Shown here piece after piece: positions 42,301 to 52,800 of a DNA stretch of 61,609 nucleotides (positions are counted from its first letter, which is position 1; each line of letters starts with the position of its first letter). The translations under genes and the position numbers were made by a program. The notes below the pieces were generated by a model, which had not been told where the DNA came from, searched no databases, and saw nothing but the letters and a program-made list of their open reading frames with translations. The DNA comes from Octopus bimaculoides (lineage: Eukaryota), in the NCBI RefSeq assembly GCF_001194135.2, contig NC_068987.1, forward strand, positions 15,763,575-15,825,183, given 5' to 3'.

Positions 42301-44845
42301 AAATGATTGTACTTACCGGGGATGCGCGAACAAGTTGCATGTAGCCCAGAGCAGCTTCACACCGGTTTTTTGCTGAAGTTCCTGAGCAAGATCTGTTAGC
42401 TCATCTAAGTTTTTATTTGTTTCCTCCAAATTAGAACCTTCAGGTGCAATGTCTCTGATTCACAGAAAGATTGAAAGTTTGTTTCAATAATTGAAAATCT
42501 GCATTTAATCTCAAATTAAAAATCATAGAAATCTTATGAGAATATTTTGTTGATTTAAATTCAAGAATTTTATTGAAGAAGGCTTTTGTGCCACACAAAA
42601 TATCTAAATGCAAAAGGTAAAACAAGGTCAGGTTAAAGGTTTCACTATTTTTAGACATCATCATCATCTTGGGAAACATCATCAAGTTTCCCATGCTGGC
42701 ATGGGTTAGACAGTTTAACTAAGACTGGTAAACCAAAGAGCTGCACCAAGCTCCAGTCCAATTTATCTTGGTTTCTACAGCTGGATGCCCTTCCTAACAT
42801 CAACCACTCACTGGCATGGATGCATTTTACATGTCACCAGCACTGGCCATGACTTTGATTTCACTTGGCTTGATGTGTCTTTTTGAGCACAGTAAATTGC
42901 CAAAGATCTTGATCACTTGTCATTACCTCTGTGAGACACAACATCCAAAGATCATGCTTCACCACCTCATCCCATATCTTCTTGGGTCTACCTCTTACAT
43001 ATCTGTGTGTGTGTGTATCTACTTGTTTTGGCACAGCATGATAGATGTAAATGAGTGTCATTCATTTCCAATATTCTACAAGAACATATTAGTCATGAGC
43101 AAATATTAACTTGCTTGAAAGCAGGTGAAAGTTGATGACAGAAAGAGCATTTGGTCTTAGATTCTATTGATCTCTTTTGCTCAACTGCTAAGTTACAGAA
43201 ATGTATACAAATCGACACCAGTTGTCAAGCGGTGGTGGAGGACAAATACACACACACACATACATATATATACAAGCTTCCACACAGTTTCCATCTACCA
43301 AATTCACTCACAAGGCATTGATTAACCCAGGGCTATAGTTGAAGACACTTGCCCAAGATGACATGCAGTGGGACTGAACCCAAAACCATGTGGTTGCACA
43401 GTGAGCTTCTTAACCACGCAGCTGTGCCTATACCTACATCAGAAAAAAAAAAGTGGATTCATCATAGCAGAAATGCTTTTGGTCACAGTTCTACTCATCC
43501 AGGATGAACTAAAGCTAAACAATAGCCTGTTGAGAATTTGCAGACACTATATAATAATAATTATACCTGTCATGAAAACACCAGTGTTTTACGCCCAGCT
43601 TGCTGAAAAATTCGAAAGCTGCCCTTAATCTTCGCTTAGCATTTGCTATTGTGTTGCTGTTGTCATCCCATGGTCGGAATAAGGTTGGAAATCCAAAAGG
43701 ATCCGCTCCTAGTAAAATAAATACATACTGGGTAACAATTTGTGAAGTCTTTTCAGCCTTAATGAAACAGTTTTACTTTACATTTGGTATTCAAATACTA
43801 TTTTCTCCCACTAGTTTTGCACCAATGTGCTCAAGTTTCTTTGTTTGTAATTATGTGTAAACATAACATCAGGAGGTTTGACAGTTGAATGCACATTTAT
43901 TTAACCAAGTGATTTCCATAGGATTACGGCCGTTTCGAAACGTTCTTTATATAGTATTAATTTCAGCATGCAAGAAATTATGCATACACATTTGCATTAA
44001 TATGTATGCTCAGCATTTATCATCATCGTTTAACATCCGCCTTCCATACTGGCATGGGTTGGACAGTTTGGTCAGTAAAAGGTGAGCATTCTAGTCAAAA
44101 TATATTGTGTTGCTGTTATTACAAAATGTTTCTTAACATATGAACACCTTCATATCAAATAAGTTAAAAAACAAGGAATTCACCATACTTAATTTAAACA
44201 AGATAACAAAACGAAAAATAAAAAGATAAGTAAAGATAGCATAAAGAAGAAATAAAATAAGAAAAATATAAGCAAATAATGTAAAAGAAATTTGTACCAA
44301 AGTAATTATATAGATGGGTAAGTATTTTGCTGCTCTTGTCATAAAATATGTCAGCACTAATCTTATACCATCTAATTATTCAGGAAATTTCCCTTCACAC
44401 TCAGAGTTGTCGAGATATTGCATCCTTTAAAACTGCCATTCTTCCTGAAATCTGCGAACATTACATATGATATCACCCCTCCATATGCATGCACACATGT
44501 ATATCATGACTCAAACACTGTTCTTTCCTGATTTTTGTACATAATTCTATGTACTATGCATGCACCTTTAATGAGTTGTAGTGCACCTGAGCACTATACA
44601 CAATAATTTCATTATTATTATTATTATTATTGTTCAGTAGTTTTATTTTTATAATGTGCTTTCACTTCACTACCGAGTGCAGCTCTGTGCGCCTTGGGTA
44701 TGTGCTGTGGTTTGCTGTGGTGCTCTTATGTTTACTGTATTGAAAGTGTTTTGCGTAGAATGTGTGCAGTACCCAGTAGTGCAATTTTCTGTATGTTATA
44801 TATATTTGTAAGTCCTGGTGTTTTTGTTATGTATTTGTCTGAATA

Positions 44846-44884
<39 letters not shown>

Positions 44885-47800
44885 CATTATCAAAACAGAT
44901 TTAGAAATTTTTAGACATGTTAGATAGAATTAGTTAAGAAACTTTGTTCAGAATTATATACTGACCTGTTCCTCGAAATGTGTGCCAGAAGCAGACAGAA
45001 AACCTCAGCCACTCTTCCATTGTTTTCCCATAAACAATCTATTAAAAATAAAAATATATGTTTATGTTATTCATTTACTTGTTTCAGTCATTAGATTGCA
45101 GCCATGCTGGGATTACATTAATCAAATATTGATTCATTTAAAATTAGTATATAGTAATTTTTGTCTGAGGAGCTACGTTTAATCAAATCAAATCTACTAT
45201 ATTACAATACCACATTATCTCCACATCTTTGATGTGTTTTTTTCCCCTACACCATCCTGTGATGCACCTGGACACATCATCAATGATATTTCCTGGGGTC
45301 ATTAGGAGTTTTGGGTCTTTCAACATCAGACACCCTCATCCAGGCAATTAGCACTACCCTGATAGCCCTTCCCCTTCAAGGACTCACACCTCTTGATCCA
45401 TGGCCACCTCAAGGCAACCTTGGCTACCTCTACAGCTAACCTGATGGCCTTTTGCCTACTTGCCCCTGTGATACCAAGCATGCTGTAGGCTCTGAAGAGG
45501 GACTCTCCTGAAAACCCTAGATGGAATCAAACCTCGCTTGCCACCCTTTACTTTGGCATAATTGCACTTGCTCAGCATGTTTCCTCCTCATCCTCTTCTC
45601 ATTGATCTCCAGTAGAAGAGGTTAGCCCACCATCAATAATTACCCATGCCAACATTTTATTGTATATCACACAATTTCAGGGTCGTATCTGAAACCTATG
45701 ACCCTAATTTTTTTATCCCTAAAATAGGGATAACCATATTTTATAACAAGAGCAGCTAGTGAAAAAAAACAAAAACAAAGAAAACTAATATTACTTCTGA
45801 GATTTAAGTATGGAAGACAACTTCAGATATGGAAGGCCAGAACTAGACAAAATTAAATTTATTTGGTCAGTACAAGATAAGAATCCCAGTCAAGTACATT
45901 GTGTTTCTATTATTATTGTTGACTTCATCTAGAAGTTTATTGTTGTTGAACACAATCTCTTGGTACTGGTTTGACTTCTCTGTCTTTATGTTACAGATAA
46001 GGAAGGTCACCTCATGTGCTTGGATATACAGTACATTATTTAATACAACAAATTACTATTTCAGTAAAGTTAGCACCCAGTATTCTTTGAATATTTTTTA
46101 TAAGTGACAGCAACCCATTAGTTCTAATGGTGGTGGTTGCTTGGTAGCATGTTAACTCTTATAATCTACGATCAAAGATATCCTAACGGTAACCGTCCCG
46201 TCTTTTTAGAGGTAGTCATCAGTTTTTAACGTCCATGTGTTGGACACAGTTTATTGAGGAAGATTTTCTACAGCTGGATGCCCTTCCTGTCACCAACCCT
46301 CACTGTTTTCAAGCAAAGTAATACTTCCCCGTGGCCAGATATGTTTATGCAGAATATTGGAAATGAATGATACAGCTTGTATGACAATGAAATACACATC
46401 TATTATGTTGTCAAGAGAAGTTGATATTAACATACACACACTCAAACATATACACACACACAAACACGCACACATATATGATGAGCTTTGTCCAGTTTCC
46501 ATCTGCCAAATCTACTCACAAGGCATAAGTTAGCCTAGGGATATGAAAGAATACACTTGCCCAAGGTGCCACTCAGTGGGACTGAACCTGAAATCATGTG
46601 GTTGCAAAGCAATCTTCCTAACCACACGGCCATGCCTGTGCCTATAAAAATAGAATAAAATTTGTACTAAAGTTCTTTGCAATCTAAAGTAGTTTATGAT
46701 AATAATGTGAAAAAATTTTGCTTTGTGACAGAATATGTGAACTATGATTTCTTGAGTACATGTGAACCTGAAAAATTATCAAGATAATTTTGTTAAGTAT
46801 CTCATGGCTCCTAAAAGTAATTTGTATTTAGAAAAAAAAAGAGATTATCTGAAGTATCCACTTTAAAGAATGCATGGCGTCAATGAACAAATTCTGTTTT
46901 TGCACATTTTGAATGTGCACAGAATGGGTGTATATATATACATATACATACATGTATGTATGTATGTGTGAGGGGATATATATATATGTGTATGTCCCCC
47001 TCACATGTGGTGACAGTGACTGTTGACTATTTTGGTGTGCATGTACAACCATCTGTGTATGTGCATCTGGACACACATATGCACTCATCTATCTATGTTT
47101 TTGTATCCATATATATCTACATATGGTTATGTATACATGCATAGGCATGTATATTGGAGTTTTTATAACTATTTATATGGTTTTATATACTGTTTGTAGG
47201 CTTGTTTATGTGCCTTATATTTTAATTTTTTATTTTTACTTTATTCTTATTTTATATTTGTATTGAATTTTGTAAACCTCTGAAGAGGCCTAGTGAATCA
47301 TGCATGTACCCCCATTACATCATTTTCATCTACTAATTACTCCGGTGTACAGGAGCTATAGAGACAGAATGGGGCATGCCAATGCTAGGCCGAAACAGCT
47401 GTAAGTTTCTGTCCCTTCTCCAATTGCTAAATGTCCCTTATATTTGAAATCTTTATTGACATGGTATGTCATAAGTGTCTGTATATTGTGTTTTTGTCAA
47501 TTTAGTTATAAAATAAACAGATTAATCAACGGAATACACTGTCTGCAAGTCGATGGGTACTGCATATTCTCCTCCATTTTCTCATTACTATATAAATTTA
47601 GTGTAAAATAACCCAATTTTTGCTGCACCCACTTATTGCACTTGGTATAACACTAATTGGGTACCCTCCCAGCAGTATATTGGATAGATACTATCCCTTA
47701 GTGGGTTGAATCCTCAACCCCTAACTCTCTTGGAGTATCATCATCATCATCATCGTGTAACGTCCGCTTTCCATGCTAGCATGGGTTGGACGATTTCACT

Positions 47801-50800
47801 GAGGACTGGTGAACCAGATGGCTACACCAGGCTCCAATCTGATTTGGCAGAGTTTCTACAGATGGATGCCCTACCTAACGCCAACCACTCTGAGAGTGTA
47901 GTGGGTGCTTTTACGTGCCACCGGCACGAAGGCCAGTCAGGAGGTACTGGCAACGGTCACGCACGAAATGGTGTATTTCACGTGCCACCTGCACAGGAGC
48001 CAGTCCAGCGGTACTGGCAACGAACTCACTTGTGGTGTGTAAAACATCTAATTCATTGGTACATCAGTTGAATACCACATAAATATGGGTATAATTGGGC
48101 TGTTCAGGCTTAGCCCAAATATAAATTTAGTAAAGTGAACGTGTATTTGCAGGCTCATTTTAATTTCTGCCAACACTTCAAGTATGTAATTGCAGCCAAT
48201 AACTCGGGCTCCTTTTACTGAGCCTGGTCACAGTTCATTTATTTTTGTTTAGCATCTGGCAGTCATTTTAGAGATGCCCTGTGTCAAAAAATATCATTCG
48301 TAGCAGACATTTTCTCAACATTGTTCACACATGCCTGACCTGGGCTCAGCAGTTACAGCCCAAGTTGTTATTTATAATTAAAATTACTACCTGATTTTAT
48401 AGTAAGTTGATGCAGGTAGTTTATCTCATCCTCCTCTGACTTTTAGTTCATGCAATTGAAAAAAAAAATGCATTGTTTATGGGAAGACACAATATATATN
48501 NNNNNNNNNNNNNNNNNNNNNNNNNNNNNNNNNNNNNNNNNNNNNNNNNNNNNNNNNNNNNNNNNNNNNNNNNNNNNNNNNNNNNNNNNNNNNNNNNNNN
48601 NNNNNNNNNNNNNNNNNNNNATATTATAAATAAATATATATATATAAATCAGATATATAAATAAATATATATATTATAAATAAATATATATATATAAATC
48701 AGATTGGAGCCTGGTGTAGCCTTCCGGTTCACCAGTCCTCAGTCAAATCGTCCAGCCCCTGCTAGCATGGAAAGCAGACGTTAAACAACGATGATGATGA
48801 TGATGTGGATTTGTACAGATGGGAGATGATATTATGTTGGGCAATGTCTTGTAGAATTTACCTTTGTTGGATTGTAGTGTTTAAACACCAAAGTTTCAGC
48901 AGGTCCAGCATCAGGTTGGAATGGTATTTTTTCAATACCTGAAGTATGATAAAAAATATACTTTTAAAATAAAAATCAAAAAATTCTCAGACAAACATAA
49001 CATTCTTAAATATGGGATATCAGGTCAGTGCAGAAGTAATTGTGTAAGATGTGTTATTGTCTGCTGACTAGTTTAGAAGCGACAGTTCCTTCATTCAAAA
49101 CCAAGACTCATAAAATATAATTCCCAGATTAACAGAATAAAGGAAGGATGAGCCAAGCAAGTGATACCAAACAGACAGGTGCTTAACATAGCAGTAAAAT
49201 CGTTTTGGTCTTCAATTTCACCCCAGTCTGTTGGGGGACAAAACTGTAATACAGTATCCTGTTTACTAGCAGAGAAGTGTCTCACATAAAAACTGTGAAT
49301 ATGCTTAAGAACCAAGAGCCAAAAATCTGGTCTTGATAATGAAATAACTGTGGGTACCATATTTTTCTTAAACTACTCTGCTATTGTTTTAACTAAGTTT
49401 GAAAAAAGTGAAATACTTAGTAAAATAATTTTGTCATTACATACACTCACATGAAATTCTGACTGCAAAGGTATTGTCATTACAAATATGACATGGAAGA
49501 GTTAATTAGACACAGTAACTTTGATAAAAGGCAAGATATATAGTTAATGCAATCAGTTTTAGTATATCACTGAAATAAAATGTTTCATTGCTTGAAATCC
49601 AACATTATTTCCACCAACTCAGTTCCATGAAACAAGTGCAGCACTGGAACCATAAGGAAGGGCATCTAGCCATGGAAAACCATGCCAAATCACCTGGAGT
49701 CTTGTGCAGCCTTCAGCTTACCAGCCCTAGTCAAACCATCTAACCCATGCCAACAAGGACAATAGACGTTAAATGATGATGATGAATCTAAATGCTAAAG
49801 GATAAATGTCTTTCACAGGACTTTACAAAAACAATTAGTGATGTAAGAAAACCAGTTCTGATTGAGAACTGAAAACATGACCCTTTTATGTTCTTTGATA
49901 ATGAACCCCGAGACGTTTATGGGAGAAAAGGATTAGAGTAGATCCTAAGTTTTCGTTACAAATCTTAAAAAACATAAGACAAAGGAACAAAGAAACGTTT
50001 ATGCATCTGGACGAGTGAATAACGATCTGGGGTTCCTAACAATTTTTTTTAACAGAAAAATTAATGAAATCCATTATAAACGTGAAACTCCGTCCCCACA
50101 AAAACATTAATGATCCGTAATTAAGTGCGAGTTGTCTACCTTTAGGTTACATAGCCAAACGTGACATTTACAGGCAATCTGTAACGTCCTGATATTTTAA
50201 AAGAATATGAACGAAGTGACATTTAATAACTAACAAGGGATACAAAACCGGGTGACCTGCTGACGATTCTCAGTACTTGTCATTACCAACAACATGAATT
50301 TGCATAATTTTTAAAGTTCACCATCCCATTGAGCAGGCCTGTGATGATCCTTTTTTTCAGACGTCAACCCCAATTTAGCAACCCTATAATCAAAGGTGGT
50401 CCAGTCGGAGCAAAACAGTCTTTTTTTAATGAGATTATACTGTCCAATGTGTTTCTTATTTAAAACAGTAGGAATATGATTTGAGGATAATTTGGCTGCT
50501 ATTTCTTGCAGGTCGAGAGAATGTGTATAATAGGGGTGAAGTACCCACCATCAACATGGAAATAACCCTCAGATAAAATCTCTTAAAATCTATATAAACA
50601 GACTGATTTAAATCTTAAGACAAAAACAGTAATTTAACATACGCTTCATAGCAAGTAACAATAAAATTAAAGATCCGCTATTTTTCTCATTACATATGGA
50701 CCATAACAAGTTCTTATGCACCCGTAATCTGCTCCGGGTGCTAAAAATGTTCACTACTCTTGGCATAGAGACACCGGAGATGTTTCAGAAACGAATGTTA

Positions 50801-51866
50801 AAAGTGGGTGGATATTACATCTACATAATTCAAGTTGGAATTTAGAGATTTCATTTTTAAAGTCGTTGCGGTTAGGAATGAAGGAGTAAAACGAGTTTAG
50901 TTAAAGGCGGCCACTACCATCTCTTATCATCTTTTATTTGAGGATGTATAGGCAACAAAAATTATTGACTACGAATGGAGGATTAAAAGAAACGTGGGGA
51001 AAATGCTGATAGTTTAATAGCTCCAGAATTTACGTTGTGTGTGCAAATCACGCCAGGATCAACTTTGTCTTCCATATTTCCTGGGCCGGTAAAATAAAGT
51101 GCTGCGAATGTTTTGATATTTCTATGAAGCATCCTAGATATAAATGTAATTATAGCATAAAACGAGAAGACGAAATTAGGTCGACAGTTTGATATTTAAT
51201 TAAATTAAATTATTATTATTATAGAGAAGAGAAATACTGAGGCGTGATGCTAATGCCCTTCCGAATGGCACTAATAACAACAATAATAAAGCAATTTCTC
51301 AAATTAGGTACTAGCATGGCATAGGATAAAAATTAAAAACTATACTGCCAACGTTTACGGCTTTTGATGCCTTTGGCAAGGCCGTCTTAACAGCATTAAA
51401 GGTTCGAGGTCAACCCAGCGCACTGAGCCTTACAATATTTATTTATTGACAGCAAGCCGCAGCATACACAAAATATAGTTAGACCTCCTTGACCAGTGAG
51501 GCCTCGGACAACTGTCCAGTGTGCTCATGTCTTAAGATGGGTACTGGTCTTAGGAATATTTAAAAAAAAGAAAAGAAACTATTTATTAAAATATATGGAA
51601 ACAAACAAACCGAGAATTGTTATAAGTACATTACGATAATTAAAAATCGTTTATAAATAGAAATCAATGAAATATTACAAAGAAACATGAGGATCATAAA
51701 GGGTTGAATGCAATAAATGTTAAAAGAGTATTTAAAATTTACTGTATAAAAACAAAAAAAAATTCGATAAAATCATATTACCAGAGAAGAAGACTGCATC
51801 GGGTTTATCATAGCTCTCCGAGCTAATTGATTTTTTATCGGTGCTTGTTGGTGCGAAAGAAGACAT
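25881..51866 (-). CDS. xylA: Xylose isomerase (class II), complete 15-exon gene, 463 aa
   Basis: Hand-spliced join(51866-51782,48938-48862,45038-44966,43708-43567,42454-42317,40425-40316,38869-38774,37734-37651,36464-36409,34662-34592,33634-33529,32143-32041,31644-31565,29700-29626,25976-25881) = 1392 nt, open frame, every intron GT..AG with compatible phases. Motifs [65 protein letters not shown]. Confidence 0.97.
26387..26744 (+). mobile_element. RTE 3' UTR copy ending in (GAT)n
   Basis: Same 3' end as 32384-33195. Confidence 0.85.
27823..28047 (+). pseudogene. SAP-domain ORF remnant of the transposon
   Basis: [27 protein letters not shown] fits the SAP consensus; followed by a 3x 18-bp repeat and a stop. 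Confidence 0.7.
27985..28037 (+). repeat. 3x 18-bp tandem repeat ATCGGACGATACTTCAGT
   Basis: Read directly. Confidence 0.95.
28853..29040 (-). pseudogene. THAP-domain N-terminus of the transposase, with a premature stop
   Basis: [61 protein letters not shown]: C..C, P, W and CS(xHF) THAP pattern, conserved Trp position read as TGA (28920-28918); runs into the gap. Confidence 0.75.
29626..29700 (-). CDS. xylA: xylose isomerase exon 14 ([25 protein letters not shown])
   Basis: 75 nt, cag/GTAAGT, RYxSFxSGIG motif. Confidence 0.95.
29760..30300 (+). mobile_element. Degenerate RTE reverse-transcriptase fragment
   Basis: [49 protein letters not shown] matches the RTE QFGF.PGR.T.DA.F..RQL.EK....KPLY..F.D..KAFDR motif. 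Confidence 0.75.
30560..30745 (+). mobile_element. Short repeat carrying a hammerhead-like motif (copy 1)
   Basis: CTGTTGA-A-GAG-CGTAT-CTC-GAAA-CGT at 30615-30640; the same repeat is at 54760-54926. Confidence 0.5.
31565..31644 (-). CDS. xylA: xylose isomerase exon 13 ([26 protein letters not shown])
   Basis: 80 nt, cag/GTAAGG. Confidence 0.96.
32041..32143 (-). CDS. xylA: xylose isomerase exon 12 ([35 protein letters not shown])
   Basis: 103 nt, cag/GTGTGT, GGxNFDxKxRR motif. Confidence 0.96.
32384..33195 (+). mobile_element. 5'-truncated RTE LINE (C-terminal ORF, 3' UTR, (GAT)n tail)
   Basis: [50 protein letters not shown], then a 3' UTR with GTTGGCGTTAGAAAGGGCATCCAGCTGTAG and a GATGATGATG tail. 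Confidence 0.8.
33529..33634 (-). CDS. xylA: xylose isomerase exon 11 ([35 protein letters not shown])
   Basis: 106 nt, cag/GTAAGC, GWDTD motif. Confidence 0.97.
34592..34662 (-). CDS. xylA: xylose isomerase exon 10 ([24 protein letters not shown])
   Basis: 71 nt, cag/GTAAGT, NIExNH metal motif. Confidence 0.96.
35545..35969. mobile_element. pogo/Tigger-like (Tc1-mariner) MITE
   Basis: 25-bp TIRs CCGTAAATCCTCGAGTATAATCCGC (35545-35569) and GCGGATTATACTCGAGGATTTACGT (35945-35969), one mismatch, TA on both flanks. Confidence 0.85.
36409..36464 (-). CDS. xylA: xylose isomerase exon 9 ([18 protein letters not shown])
   Basis: 56 nt, cag/GTAATA. Confidence 0.94.
37397..37560. mobile_element. 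piggyBac-like MITE
   Basis: TTAA|CCCTTT...AAAGGG|TTAA; same family as 39339-39556. Confidence 0.75.
37651..37734 (-). CDS. xylA: xylose isomerase exon 8 ([28 protein letters not shown])
   Basis: 84 nt, tag/GTGAGT, EPKPxEP signature. Confidence 0.97.
38240..38480 (-). mobile_element. RTE C-terminal fragment (related copy at about 39010-39260)
   Basis: [23 protein letters not shown]...SLWRRC matches the RTE G.R.RGRP..RW motif. Confidence 0.6.
38774..38869 (-). CDS. xylA: xylose isomerase exon 7 ([32 protein letters not shown])
   Basis: 96 nt, aag/GTAATT, WGGREG motif. Confidence 0.96.
39339..39556. mobile_element. piggyBac-like MITE (longer copy, opposite orientation)
   Basis: TTAA|CCCTTTAG...CTAAAGGG|TTAA; related remnants near 18300-18440 and 20890-21075. 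Confidence 0.75.
40316..40425 (-). CDS. xylA: xylose isomerase exon 6 ([37 protein letters not shown])
   Basis: 110 nt, tag/GTAGGT. Confidence 0.96.
42317..42454 (-). CDS. xylA: xylose isomerase exon 5 (DIAPEG...[16 protein letters not shown])
   Basis: 138 nt, cag/GTAAGT. Confidence 0.96.
43567..43708 (-). CDS. xylA: xylose isomerase exon 4 (ADPFG...[19 protein letters not shown])
   Basis: 142 nt, tag/GTATAA, contains the catalytic His. Confidence 0.96.
44632..44851 (-). mobile_element. R4/Dong-like non-LTR retrotransposon 3' end inside a (TAA)n tract
   Basis: [39 protein letters not shown] (stop 44734-44732) carries the QK..LLGTA.ILRK.L terminus; (TTA)n on both sides. Confidence 0.7.
44966..45038 (-). 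CDS. xylA: xylose isomerase exon 3 ([25 protein letters not shown])
   Basis: 73 nt, tag acceptor, GTCAGT donor, GKTM..LRF...WHTF motif. Confidence 0.96.
45361..45610 (-). mobile_element. HERO-like (restriction-like endonuclease) non-LTR retrotransposon 3' fragment
   Basis: CQSKGW...(frameshift) [44 protein letters not shown] resembles the HERO C-terminus RGF.G.SL.RAY..LGI.G..RR.AI....EAAE.ASRWLWIKR as I recall it. Confidence 0.65.
47160..47720 (+). mobile_element. Probable Penelope-like element terminal (pLTR) fragment
   Basis: T-rich leader followed by a hammerhead with a palindromic stem III, an arrangement typical of Penelope-like elements; boundaries approximate, no ORF seen. Confidence 0.4.
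47272..47410 (+). ncRNA. Type I hammerhead ribozyme with extended stem II
   Basis: Core CTGAAGA 47280-47286; stem II GGCCTAG 47287-47293 / CTAGGCC 47385-47391; GAAA 47392-47395; palindromic stem III ACAGCTGT 47395-47402; cleavage triplet GTA ending at 47403; short bulged stem I (AAACCT/AGTTT). Confidence 0.75.
47738..48024 (-). mobile_element. RTE 3' UTR copy
   Basis: Closely similar to 23031-23315. Confidence 0.85.
48862..48938 (-). CDS. xylA: xylose isomerase exon 2 ([25 protein letters not shown])
   Basis: 77 nt, cag acceptor, GTAAAT donor. Confidence 0.92.
51782..51866 (-). CDS. xylA: xylose isomerase coding exon 1 ([29 protein letters not shown])
   Basis: ATG 51866-51864, 85 nt, donor GTAATA, phase 1 matches exon 2. 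FFxG resembles the start of class II enzymes. Least conserved exon. Confidence 0.8.
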
Positions 51867-52800
51867 GATCAGAGACGAGCAGTCAATTAAGAAATACTTT
51901 AAAACTCGTTTAAAGAAGTGAAGTGATAACAAAAGAAGAAGGGAGATAACTACGATACTACATATAAAATCTTAAATTCTCTTTCTCTGATAGCATTATC
52001 ACAAAGTTGGGGGTGGGGCATAGTTGTTTAGAGCTAACTCAATACTTGACTTGTACTTGACTTTTATCGACCCTAGTAAAATGAAATATCATGTCGACCC
52101 CGACAAAAATCGAACTCACGAAGTTTTATATATTCGTTTACTTTTGACTAGATAGCAGTTAGAAAAATTGTTGTTGTTGTTGGTACTAAACTCGCCTGCG
52201 ATCTCCTCCTGGGTCTGTGGCATAAATTTTCTGTTTAGAATGATCTAAATTAAAACATTCGATCAAACTTTCGTGTAAATTTATGTTCCAAACACCAGTT
52301 TAATAATGACAAAGTTGTTTTGCTAAATTCTTCATTGTTATCGAAATTAAGTTAAACAAAGACAGAAATACGATAACGAATGCGTTAATCACACGCTAAC
52401 TCTTATCGAACAGACATACTAAAAGGCTTTCCAACTGTGATCAGTCCGTCTTTTGAGGTGTATCTAAAAATATATTATGTTTTAGACGCCTATATTGTAT
52501 GATTTGGAGAAGATTTGGATGCTATTTTTAGCAGTCTGAAAGCTCGTGTTGAAAGTAAAGATTCCTCAACGAGATCGTTAGGGAGGTATTAAGATCCGTT
52601 GAAATCCATAAAGCGTTAAACAAAATGCTTTGCAATATTTAATGAAGTCCATTTTCGTGTTCGAATCACGCCGAAGTCATCAGTCATTTACTCTGGTGTT
52701 AAAATAAGTACCTGTCAAATACTTGGGGTGTATTCGACGACTATACTCTCATCAGAAAATCTGTAGCTTTTAGCCTAGGTTAGGAATTGATGTGTTTCAA
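51867..52800 (-). promoter_or_regulatory. Probable xylA promoter / 5' UTR region
   Basis: CpG-retaining sequence immediately upstream of the ATG; transcription start not identifiable. Confidence 0.4.

Noticed and set aside
51378-51546. hAT-like MITE in xylA intron 1
   Set aside because: Terminal similarity is only about 14 of 20 bases and no target duplication is visible.
25881-51866. xylA as bacterial contamination or a recent horizontal transfer
   Set aside because: It has 14 spliceosomal introns filled with host repeats; an ancient transfer cannot be judged without a phylogeny.
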